Shown: positions 1-10,367 of the stretch, piece after piece
Numbering within the stretch: position 1 is the stretch's first letter
Layout: every line of letters begins with the position of its first letter
Origin: Haliotis rubra
Lineage: Eukaryota
NCBI RefSeq assembly: GCF_003918875.1
Contig: NW_025766836.1
Location: 682,001-746,000, forward strand
DNA length: 64,000 nucleotides
Reading direction: 5' to 3'
Program-made: the position numbers and the translations under genes
The notes under the pieces: generated by a model
What the model saw: only the letters and a program-made list of their open reading frames with translations
Databases searched by the model: none
What the model was told of the DNA's origin: nothing

Positions 1-33
1 CTGAGGTGAAATCCCTACTATCAACTGGTTATT

Positions 34-625
34 CAGGGGTGGAAATAACATTACAATTGCTAGTGTACACCGGTACAGCGGCACATGTAAAATCACTTGC
101 CCTGCTAATTTTCCCACTATACCAGTAAAATATATAGATACAACATTATGATGACCATTTCCATATTGACAGTGTGTAATAACACACATTATCATCTAAT
201 GGAAGGTGTTATCGGTGCATAAAGCAATCTGATAAACTTGGTATCTAAATCTGATAACTATGCAAATTACGTCAATCCACGAACTACTTTCACAAAACTC
301 CATACACGCCATGCGAATCCTATAACGTTAACATGTCATTGATGACATAGTTTAATGAACCATAATAAACTACCAATTAAATTCAATATCTTACTATAGT
401 ATAGTGGTCGTTATATTGCTGTATGATACTACCACTAGCAATTAAAGTTATGTAACATGTGGCTGAGAAAATGTTGATATTTTCTTGCTCATTTTTTTAA
501 ATAAACAACATAATTAACATTGGAAAGTCAATTGGACACCGGTACAGTGTGATATACAAATTTGCTTGCCTAACAGAAAAAAACACTGGACTGGGACGTC
601 GGGCAATGGGTTATTTTCACCCCTG
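34..625. mobile_element. hAT-like non-autonomous DNA transposon remnant
   Basis: Termini caggggtggaaataac ... gttattttcacccctg. No clear TSD. Confidence 0.55.
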
Positions 626-660
626 AATATTACAAATTGAATTGTAGCTCCCATACTAAC

Positions 661-729
661 CTGTTTCTTAACTTTGGTGGATTGGGTAGCATATCGCTGC
701 ATTGGGTTGACTTCTGCATTGCCTGTGTC
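661..729 (-). CDS. NSRP1: NSRP1 exon 3 (gene continues beyond window start)
   Basis: ttacag|GAC...AAACAG|GTTAGT, phase 0/0. Encodes DTGNAEVNPMQRYATQSTKVKKQ, ending in KKQ like the NSRP1 segment before the coiled coil. Confidence 0.7.
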
Positions 730-1134
730 CTGTAACCATGGAAAAAAAGTAGACATCTAAACATTAATAACATAATCTGGTTGATTAAAAAAAAATAACA
801 AATGAAGACTGTATACATTATAATAAAAAATAGCACTTGACTTAATCTTGATTTGATTTCTAATTTATTCATTCTCAAGTTTCATCAAAGTCTGATCTTT
901 CACTCTGATACAATACATCTGAGAGATCATCTCTTAGGACTTGGAGGATACCGGTATGTCAGGTGAACTCTCATATCAGTCCATCAGTATCAAGGCTTCA
1001 TAATTTGGGAATAATAGAGCTCTCATCATTCAGAGCAGTATCTCCATATTTCCAAAATAATAACAAGCAGCCAGTTATAAATGGCAATAACAAAGACTGT
1101 GCTTTTACATAGTTGTGGAGGGTCTCTTGTTTCT

Positions 1135-1666
1135 CATCCTCGATAATCTCCAGGGAATACATTCTGATAAATCACCACTAGTACCCTGGATGCATCTACG
1201 GCTCAGCCAAATAATTGTATTACCTCCCTTTGCTGGCTCCGCCTTCTCACAGTAGCCAATCAGTTAAGCCATTACAACCAAACTTGCCAGTGTCAACAGA
1301 GACAGACACAAATGTTTGCACACTGTGCGACTCAGATTTCAGGAAGAAATCATACAGACAAAATCATACAGACAAACTGACAGGTCTGAAACCTTCAAAA
1401 AGTATATGCAAGAACTCCTTCTACCTCTTTCAGGGTTCCTCTGCAACAATTGGGTTGCTAAGTTTAATCAGTTAGATGAAAGAAGCGGATGTGTATTTCT
1501 GATAAAAGCCTTTTGATTGGTACGCTCAACTTCCCAACGTAGACACCTGATTGAATAAAAAAAGCCAGCAAAGGGAGGTAATGCAATTATCAGGCCTAGC
1601 CGTGGATGCATCCAGGGTACTAGTGGAGATTTATCCGAACGGATACCCTGGAGATTATCGAGGATG
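1135..1666. mobile_element. MITE with about 70-bp TIRs and an 8-bp TSD (P or hAT-like)
   Basis: catcctcgataatctccaggg ... ccctggagattatcgaggatg flanked by ttgtttct on both sides. Confidence 0.85.
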
Positions 1667-2211
1667 TTGTTTCTGAGCACCATGAATATAAGCACCCAAA
1701 AGGTAAACACATCAGTAGAACTGTTATGTGGTTTGAGGGTTTTTTCCTTTAGGTAAAATTCCAACATGATGGAAAAGATTAGGCTTAATTATTTTAGAAA
1801 GCTGACATGGTTTTACTCCAAGAAGAAGCTTAAAGTTCATAATGGGACGATAGAAAGGATTACATTGTGCCATGCTACATTCTCACTTTGATAAATGTTG
1901 TTCCTTATTATGAAAAAAAATGATAATACCAAAGTATTTATTTGACAGCAGAGTTAACAATGTTCACCATAATCAAGGAATTGTATTAAATTGTTTGTCC
2001 TTCCAAAAGACAGATTACAATTTAAAGCCATTTTTCAAGAAAGGGCTGCAAAATCAACGCGTCCGCAAAACAAATCTTCTATTTGGCTCAAGAACTGCAG
2101 TTTACCTAATGATAAAGGTGGCACCACTGTTCATTTTGAACCCTGATCGGCCTTTTCAATGGGAAAAGCTACAATGTCAACACTCATGTGCTACTTGGTG
2201 GGCTTACCCCA

Positions 2212-2410
2212 AGTCTGTCTCATAGTCCCTGAACCATATTATTTTCCCTTCAGCCTAGGCCTCCCTGCAATGCTAAAGCCCTGAATGAAGAAAGTCTAGA
2301 TTTCCCCAGTTCTGAATCTCTGGTCTCCCTGGGGCTCCTTTTCATTTTATATGAGTTTACTTGTTACAATCAAAACTATATATTCAGAGACTTAGCGCGC
2401 GCTAGTCTAG
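2212..2410. mobile_element. About 200-bp MITE family (tagtct...agact ends, possibly Academ-like). Other copies at 41068-41270, 50385-50583 and a degenerate inverted one at 50065-50255
   Basis: agtctgtctcacagtccctgaacc...gtctagatttccc...ttcagagact repeated in the window. Confidence 0.7.
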
Positions 2411-2434
2411 GTTATCCCCAACTTATTGATGTAC

Positions 2435-2516
2435 CTCATCGCTGTCATCTCCAAATATATTCGGTCTTCGCTGTATGGAGGCTGCCTTGTTGTTCTTGGG
2501 TATAAGTAAACCATAT
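2435..2516 (-). CDS. NSRP1: NSRP1 exon 2
   Basis: tttttcag acceptor, GAG|GTAC donor. YGLLIPKNNKAASIQRRPNIFGDDSDE matches the conserved 'YGL..PK...P.(V/I)FG.DSD' motif. Confidence 0.85.
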
Positions 2517-3109
2517 CTGAAAAAAATGTACGTCACACTTACTAGTGGTTGGTTGATTAATTGAAATAATCGAAGATTGGTCGCAGTGCCATAAAAGACC
2601 AAGCCATTGTGTTTTCTCATAATCGAACACAACCAATTTTGGAACACTTGTTTGCATCAACAATATTTTACACAAGGTTGGTTTTGTCTGTGTCATTAAA
2701 TTTACATTTCATAAGCACTACAAACCCGTTCCCCAGCATGGTTGAATTTATCTTAAAGAATCCAGGAAATCTGTGTTCCTAACATACTAATCATCCTTTA
2801 AATATGCGAAATCTGCCAATGGATTTTGTGCAATTTGCAAAAGACCCAAATTACTACATGTTTTTTTCTTTATTTTTTGTGTGTGCATTAACAAAGATAA
2901 CAGGAACATTTGATAAATGACGCAAACCAATTATTTTCGATGATTGATCGGTTGTAATGAACCAATCATCAATTATGAGATTCTAACCAATTCCCAACAC
3001 TAACACTTACAAAAAAAAAGCAACATTAGTATAAACAGATCTATAAATGAAGGAAACCAAGTTCTATGGATAGTCAACTTCTTTTCAGTGTAGGTACTAA
3101 CTTGCTTGA

Positions 3110-3439
3110 TAAGGCCTAAAAAATTCTTTTGTGGTTCCGATTACCTGACCCACCTTTGAATTCTGGTGCCGACCCTATCTTTTTTAAGTGGAATGAATAA
3201 AATATGATTTCAGATCCCATTGTTTTTTCCCGGCACCAACAGATATCGGTCATTCTGATAGAGAAAGTCGATATGATCGCTGCAAGCTTGATTGAATAAA
3301 CAATTACACATTAATAAACGTGTTATTAGTTTGTACTTTACTTCTAAAATATAAAAAAGTAAGAAAATAAATTCCGACCTACCTACCGTGAATTTTAAAG
3401 AGGTGTATGAACCATAACATTTTTTTTATTTGGCCTAAC
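3110..3439. mobile_element. MITE (taaggcc...ggcctaa) inserted in an inverted Penelope-like terminal remnant (about 3048-3520)
   Basis: Imperfect TIRs. The flanks gaaggaaaccaagttctatggatagtcaacttc / gaagttgactatccatagaccttggttttccttc are inverted, with ccgaaacgtcg...aataa. Confidence 0.55.
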
Positions 3440-4396
3440 AGTGTTAGTACCTAAACCGAAACGTCGCACTCATTGCAATAAGGAAGTTGACTATCCATAG
3501 ACCTTGGTTTTCCTTCACCTATACAACTTCTAAAATGCCTCTCAAAGACGATCTATAAATGTCTTCTCCAAAAAATTTTTACATGTCCATACCTCTTTTT
3601 TGTTATATAGACCCTTTCATCATGAAGAATGAGTAGCCTTGAACCACTGTTACAAACAATTATGAACTGCTATCCATTACAGTTTCAGTGTTATAGTGAA
3701 AAAGTCGAAATGATAACATTCCAAAATTAATGAACATTTTTCACATTTTATATCTTTATTCATAAAAAAATATCTTTCACATTAGTTGAGCATCATCACT
3801 TAAGTACAATGTAGAAGTTACTCAATTTCTGACAGCACTAACAAGAGTTCTATTTTCAGTGTATTTTAGTCACCTCCATGACTGGGGAAATTTAGCACAA
3901 ATGGAAGTCATGTCTTCCTTCCACACATCAATTCTTTATCTAGTCGAGAGCTTCCATGCGGTCCTATACAGTCAAGATATGACTTGACTGTGTAGGACCT
4001 CATCGCAGCTCTCAGCTATGCTTTATCATGTTTATGATGTGTCTTCATTACCAGCGATTGTCACTTGTAAAATCTCAAACATATGAAACAACAAATATGG
4101 TCCATAACACAGATGCGTGATTTCGCTTGGCTCTAGTCTAGAACACTTTCCCGATCTTATCAACTTGAGATAGGACATTCTTCCAAACTTGTAAAATAAC
4201 TGAAGGACAACTTTATATGACAGTTACTCAGTATACAGGAAAAAGAAAGTTTTCAAAGTTTGAGTCATTAAAGGTCTGGTAAGAGTTCCTCCCGTTCCCC
4301 CATCCCAAATAATATTTGTAAATATACTAAAATTATGAACAAAACTTAACACAATTACTAGAGCACTCACAAAATGACTAAAAGTCCAAAATTTAA

Positions 4397-4428
4397 GTTA
4401 GGGTTAGGGTTAGGTTTAGGGTTGGGGG
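4397..4428 (+). repeat. Short interstitial (TTAGGG)n-like tract
   Basis: gttagggttagggttaggtttagggttgggg. Confidence 0.7.
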
Positions 4429-4718
4429 AACGGAAGGAACTCTTTCCAAGGTGTACAGTGTTATATATAAATATCCCAAGAATAGGGAAGATTGGCAAGA
4501 TATAGCCCATACGTTCAGTTTTCAATCCACACTTTCTGTGATCAGATAAGATTTGGTGCATAAACATGATAAACTCAAATATCTCAGACAGCTATTCAAA
4601 CATCAATCTAATACTAACACGTTAACCAGAATGATTTGCATTGTAAACATTAACCACAGGTGTGTTAACTACAGGCTGTTATTCAACTATGGCCATTGCA
4701 TCTTCCCGGTGCACTTAC

Positions 4719-4738
4719 TGCTTTTTGTTGCCGTCCAT
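4719..4738 (-). CDS. NSRP1: Nuclear speckle splicing regulatory protein 1 (CCDC55), exon 1
   Basis: ATG GAC GGC AAC AAA AAG CA|GTAAGT. Joins exon 2 in phase 2 to give MDGNKKQYGLLIPK, matching the NSRP1 N-terminal 'QYGL.LPK' motif. Confidence 0.8.
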
Positions 4739-4936
4739 GTTGCTTCGTTCGAGTGACGTCCCTTGACAGGGGCAGATAACTCTATGTATGTATGCTGTGC
4801 CAAACGGACCACGCCTCCTTGTTGGTGTTTTCTTTGCAACATTAGATTTCGTAAATGTGCAAGTTTTCATTTGTTCAAAAAGAGGCATGTGACATAAAGC
4901 AGATGGAACAAACCTAGTGGACATGAATTCATCGCC

Positions 4937-4982
4937 ATGACACTTGGGAATGCAATATCAGTTTTAGAAAAGCAAAATTTAG
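4937..4982 (+). CDS. Candidate small single-pass membrane protein, exon 1 (MTLGNAISVLEKQNL)
   Basis: gccATGa Kozak context, TTA G|GTACG donor (phase 1). Starts 200 bp from the NSRP1 ATG on the opposite strand. Confidence 0.5.
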
Positions 4983-5393
4983 GTACGTTGAACTGAATAT
5001 ATATATATATATCTGAAGGTCAATCACATTAGGGACCTTTCATAATTAACGCTTGTGTGTGTGCGCGCGTGCGTGTGTGTGTGTGTGTTGTACAAAATAG
5101 CTGACCCCTACCCCACTAGACCATGTGTACCAACTTGATGAAACCTGCCAACGAAGGACAGGCAAACCTACTTGAATATCAATGTATCAAGAATTAAATA
5201 AAACTAGCATCTCTCTCTAAAATTGGATTTCAAATTAGGACAATGCAGTATAAAAATGGGCTATAGATCGCCAACAACTGAAGGTAGATCACCATACTAG
5301 GGCCCATGGGGACTTACGTACAGTGCCTTTGCTTCCTGCATGGACCCTAGTTGGATTTACAGCATCCCCATCATAAAAGATAAAAAGACCACT

Positions 5394-5444
5394 GTATGTA
5401 TGTATGTATGTATGTATGTATGTATGTATGTATGTATATGTGTG

Positions 5445-5488
<44 letters not shown>

Positions 5489-5489
5489 T
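5394..5489. repeat. Compound microsatellite (TATG)n(TGCG)n
   Basis: Direct reading. Confidence 0.95.
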
Positions 5490-5833
5490 CTATGTGGGTG
5501 CGATGTTTTGGTAACATAATAGCCTGTTTCTGGGTGGTCCAGTGTTATCCATATAGAATTGTTTGTTTGTGTTTTGTTTGACGCCGGACTCCGGCTATAT
5601 GGCGTCGATCTGTAATTAATTGAGCCAGGACAGGAAATCAGTGATCAACATCACGAGCATATTTCATGGAATGGGCACATTTTTTACATTGCGACACTAG
5701 CTACGGCGTACGACTTTAAATGTACCGGAGCGAGTGCAAGCACGAATACGGTATTTTGAAAACAATATAAAACATGCATGGTCATGAACATCATTCTCGA
5801 AACAATTTGATTTTTGCAGTCTCTTTTGTAATG

Positions 5834-6003
5834 ACTGACTGACTGACTGAGTTTGGTTTTACGCCGCTTTTAGCAATATTCCAGCAACATCACGGCGGGG
5901 GACACCAGAAATGGGCTTCACACATTGTGCCCATGTGGGGATTCGAACCCGGGTCTTCGGCGTGACGAGCCAACGCTTTAACCATTAGGCTACCCCACCG
6001 CCC
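5834..6003 (-). mobile_element. tRNA-derived SINE family A (about 170 bp). About 20 full or partial copies, including 8477-8630, 9258-9419, 10019-10154, 17356-17522, 22071-22235, 24494-24655, 26560-26700, 28976-29137, 31639-31811, 32681-32840, 40021-40158, 54428-54575, 63500-63667 and 63834-63992
   Basis: A box (tagcctaatggttaaagcg), B box (ggttcgaatccc), simple-repeat tail, 13-bp TSD ctcttttgtaatg. Confidence 0.9.
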
Positions 6004-6340
6004 CTCTTTTGTAATGTGTACATACGATTATTGAATGAGATCACCGCACTTAAATACTCACTGTGTGTGTTGTTTATCGCCCCAGTCAACATTATTCCAG
6101 CCTGTAAATAATCGATCCTGTCCCAGAATATCAAGTGATTGATGATGTCATGAGCAACGTCCCATGACGTCTGTGTATGATAATCTGATATAGTCCCACA
6201 ATTCAATACATTTTTAGTAGAATTTTATGACAAGCTCAGGATGTTGGGAATATAATGTTACTCGGATTTCAGAACGAAAGAGTTTGTATACAACTATGCA
6301 TTTTCCTGGAGTTTCATTTGATTCTGTTTCTTGGTTGCAG

Positions 6341-6558
6341 CTCTGACAATCAGCGTATTCTCATTTCTTATAGTGTTGTATATAACACTAGCAGTGCTAA
6401 TATACCGTCCACATCGTCGTAGACGTCAACCTGCTCAAGTCATCACAGTGGTGGGGGACGACAACGCTGCAGATGGACCTAGTGGAGATGGACGACCATC
6501 AAGTGCACGGAAACCTTCCAGCAATGAACTCCACGACGTTCTGGAGCCTGAATCTTGA
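6341..6558 (+). CDS. Candidate small single-pass membrane protein, exon 2 (87 aa total)
   Basis: ttcttggttgcag acceptor in phase 1. Hydrophobic helix ALTISVFSFLIVLYITLAVLIY followed by RPHRRRR (positive-inside rule) and a polar tail. Confidence 0.6.
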
Positions 6559-6999
6559 CACGGGTCTACATCCGGGACCTCAAGTGCCTGCTACATTCCT
6601 TGATTTCCCTTTCGCTAAGATCATTCTGTTATGATCTCATGTCAAACAATAACACTCTTATCGTAACTTGAAAATACGTCCACCCAATTTCAAGGGAAAA
6701 TGCCGCAAATGTACTTAACTGTGTTCCCTACCAGCCAACGATATCCAGAATTCTGATTTTCCTTCGTGGAAATCTTACAGACACTCAAAAATGCCATTGT
6801 GGTTCAAAATGTGAAACTGATTCTTATTATTTTCACGAATGACTTGGTATACCAAATTCCGTTCTCAATTATTTCTGAAATTTCAGAAAGTGGTGTCATC
6901 TTAGATACTGATACACGTATTTTTGGTAATGTAGGTCTTTCAAAATGAAGTTATTGTATGAGCTATCCGTAAATATATGATATATTTATTTTCTCCTTA

Positions 7000-7400
7000 T
7001 CTGATTCTATAATTGAAAAAACGTTTTTTACAGTTTACATCATATATATTGAAGACGTTGACAATATGTATAATGTATTTCCAGACCGGGTCCGAAATGT
7101 AATATGTACTTCTTCCCCTTCTTCTTCTGAGTGTCGGAGCGTAGCGCGGGCGCAACAGACCCAACGAGGCAGTCTGTGTTGCATGGCTAGGGCTTATCTG
7201 ATTCTATTATTGTAAAAACGGTTTCTACAGTTTACATTATATATGTTTAAGACGTTGATAATATGTATAATGTATTTCTGATTCTATTATTGTAAAAACG
7301 GTTTCTACAGTTTACATTATATATGTTTAAGACGTTGATAATATGTATAATGTATTTCTTGACAGGGTCCGAAATGCAATATGTACTTCTTCCCCATCTG
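7000..7400. repeat. Local triplication of an about 80-bp AT-rich unit
   Basis: tctgattctat.attg.aaaaacg.ttt.tacagtttacat... at about 7000, 7197 and 7277. Confidence 0.8.
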
Positions 7401-7614
7401 AATTGAATTGAATAAAACTATGTTGTAAAAACTATTACCTTATTGGATTCGACTCAAATTGAGAGTTCAGAAGCCGTTTGTTCTGGGATCCAAACTTTCC
7501 CGACAACCTCTGTTAAGAACCAGCCTGGTTCCCTGGGTCCGTTGCGCCTGCGCTACGCTCCGACACTGAGTGCGTAGCGCAGGCGCAACAGACCCAGCGA
7601 GGCAGTCTGTGTTG

Positions 7615-7692
7615 CATCCTCGATAACTCCAGGGTATACGTTTCAACTTCCGATAACCCTCCACACGTATACCCTGGAGTTATCTAGGATAG
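7615..7692. mobile_element. 78-bp mini-MITE of the 1135-1666 family
   Basis: catcctcgataactccagggtat ... ataccctggagttatctaggatag with 8-bp TSD ctgtgttg. Confidence 0.8.
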
Positions 7693-7838
7693 CTGTGTTG
7701 GGAACATGAACATAAATACGTGAGACGATTTCATTGGGAATGGTTATCTCCTGATTAACGAGTGACGCATATTGGAAAGAACTGTGGGTTGAACTGTAAG
7801 TATTATGGTTTTGATTTTACTGTAACATTCTATAATAA

Positions 7839-8188
7839 GGGACCGTTCATAATTTATGGCTAGGGGGGATGATGATGATTTTTATGGAGAAGCATGTACA
7901 ATGTGAATGCCCCCTAAATGTATGTACAAAATAAGTGACCCCCACATGTCATGTACAAAATCAGTGACCCCCTCCCTTTCCATAATTTCTAGCATTTCTA
8001 GCATAATTTTAAACATATTCTTATGTACAAAATTGCTGACACACCCCACCCACCTCATTACGTGTGTACAAAATTGTTGACCCCCTTGCTCCCCAGAACA
8101 AAGTGGATGACCCCCACCCACCCACCCTTAAAATCATCATCATCACCACACCACCACCACCCCCTAGCCATAAATAATGAACGGTCCC
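7839..8188. mobile_element. Tourist/Harbinger-like MITE (second copy inverted at 32147-32464, fragment at about 5030)
   Basis: TIR gggaccgttcat.atttatggctagggg, TAA TSD. Confidence 0.8.
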
Positions 8189-9475
8189 TAATACAATTAT
8201 CATATTCTATAATAACTGTAACGTCTTCTTATCTGATGAACTCTGTTAAAACATCAACAGTTGTTGGTTATTATCTAATATTAGTTAGTTTGTCATTTGG
8301 TATATTTGGCCTTGATTACTCACCAATAACTAGCAGGTATTTTTCCCACTGTTACTCAATCACACCAGTAGGAAAGAATAAGGCTTGTTTTATGGAAAGC
8401 AGCATTTACGAGGTTGATACACCAATCAAACGTCATGCCCTCGTTGTGCAGAGTTATGCCGTGCCAGGACATCAAGAGTGAGTGAGTATAGTGTTACGCC
8501 GCTTTTAGCAATGTCACGGCGGGGAACACCAGAAATGGGCTTCACATATTGCATCCATGTTGGTAACCGAACCTGGGTCTTCGGCGTGATGACGAACGCT
8601 TTTAACCACTAGACTACCCCCACCGCCCCTAAGGTCGTCAAGAGGTCTTCCAACATTGTATGATCCTTGGGGGAAACAAATAAGGGAGCACCACTTTATG
8701 GCAGTGTTCCTTTATTTATTCTCAGATTTCCTCCCACAGCGCTATTCAAAATGAAAACTGGAAAATATTAAAAGACCGCTTGAGTTTTCTTGCGTTCCTT
8801 TTTTTGTTTCTCTCAGTATATGTAAGCTTATAGGTCTTCTCAGTACATGTAAGCTTATAGGTCATATATCATATAATTATCTACCATACGCGGAGGCGAC
8901 GTGTGTCATTCGTTAGGGATTTCAGCATCACGGTAGTTTTATAAGATCGATACGAGAATGATCTCTACGTGTACATATAAACATGAGTCAAACATGCAGA
9001 AATATTGTATCAAAACAAAAACATCAATTACTCGTGTTCCTAACATCAATGATAAGGTTAGTCAACAGTTTTACATAAAGGCAAGTCGATTTTGTTACGA
9101 AACACTTCCTATATTTGAGACTTTGTAAAGAATGCTGCGTTCCCCATTATGCATCGTGATGTAAGCAAGTCACTGTTATACTTGAGATGCAGAACAGAAG
9201 TTCAACTCTTAGGAAACCCTACAATATAATATGATATTTTTTTGTTTGGTGTCCAGGAACGGTGGGTGTAGCTAAGTGGTTAAAGCGTTCGCTCGTCACG
9301 CCGAAGCCTAGGTTCGATTCCCCACCTGGGTACAATGTGTGAAGACCATTACTGGTGTCCCCCGCCGTGATATTGCTGGAATATTGCTAAAAGCGGATTA
9401 AAACTAAACTCACTCACTCTTTCATGACCAGATATTTGACAGGTCGTGGCAACTCATATATTCTGGGGACAAGCT

Positions 9476-9590
9476 CAGTAGTATACACAATGGGGCTACG
9501 GGACCAGGTCCTCCTCAAGGGCTCATTTTTTTTTAAATTGAGCCCTTGGGAGGACCTGGTCCCGTAGCCCTATTGTGTATACTACTAGCT
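9476..9590. repeat. Near-perfect hairpin (about 50-bp arms), MITE-like
   Basis: agtagtatacacaat.gggctacgggaccaggtcctcc..aagggctca followed by its reverse complement. Confidence 0.8.
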
Positions 9591-10367
9591 GAAGTGGTAA
9601 TGATCGCTTGGTTTCAAGAGGTCTCATTAGGACGCAGCCTTGTGTCGAGGGAGAAACAATATGCTTTTTGCATGCACGATTGAGTAAACACGACTTCAAA
9701 GGAAACTGAGTCAATAAAGACAATGTCAATATGTGGGTTTATAACTAATTGCTTCTTTTTTGCCAGGTATGTTTATTCATTAACATAGCGTAATGGTGTC
9801 TTCATCCAGCCTGTTGAGTCCAGTAAGTTTCATAGCTCGGCATATGCAAATTTTACTAATTGGACTCAATCTTCTACTCGTGGAAATCTGGGGCCGGGAC
9901 ATGCACCGCCAACTAGGCTTTCTATGTCATCGGCGGGAGTTAGAGTTGACAAGAAGCAGAGCAGAAAGAAACTGAAGAATTCGCAAGAAAAACCGAAAGA
10001 GAAAGTTTTCCGCTGAAAGAGTGAGTTTGGTTTTACACCGCTTTTAGCAGAGACACCAGAAATGGGCTTCACACATTGTACCCATGTGGGGAATCGAACC
10101 CGGGTCTTCGGCGTGACGAGCCAACGCTTTAACCACTTGGCTACCTCATCGCCCCTGATTGTGGTAGGGTTCACATGGATCAGGTAGTCTGTCACTCGGT
10201 TATCTTTTAACCAGCCGTTAAGTACATTTAACCGCCTGTTAACTAATAACATCGGGTTATCTTGTTGTTCAAAACTCTGTTAACTTTTAACGGGATGTTA
10301 ACGTGACGTTAAGTTAACACACCTAAGGACCGCCGCTAACTTTTTAACAGTGTGGTTAACTCGCAAA

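Noticed and set aside
8023-8481. 152-aa ORF
   Set aside because: It starts inside a MITE and ends in a SINE tail, with no homology signal.
9258-9419. tRNA genes at the A/B-box sequences
   Set aside because: These are SINE heads: about 20 diverged copies with non-tRNA bodies, simple-repeat tails and TSDs.
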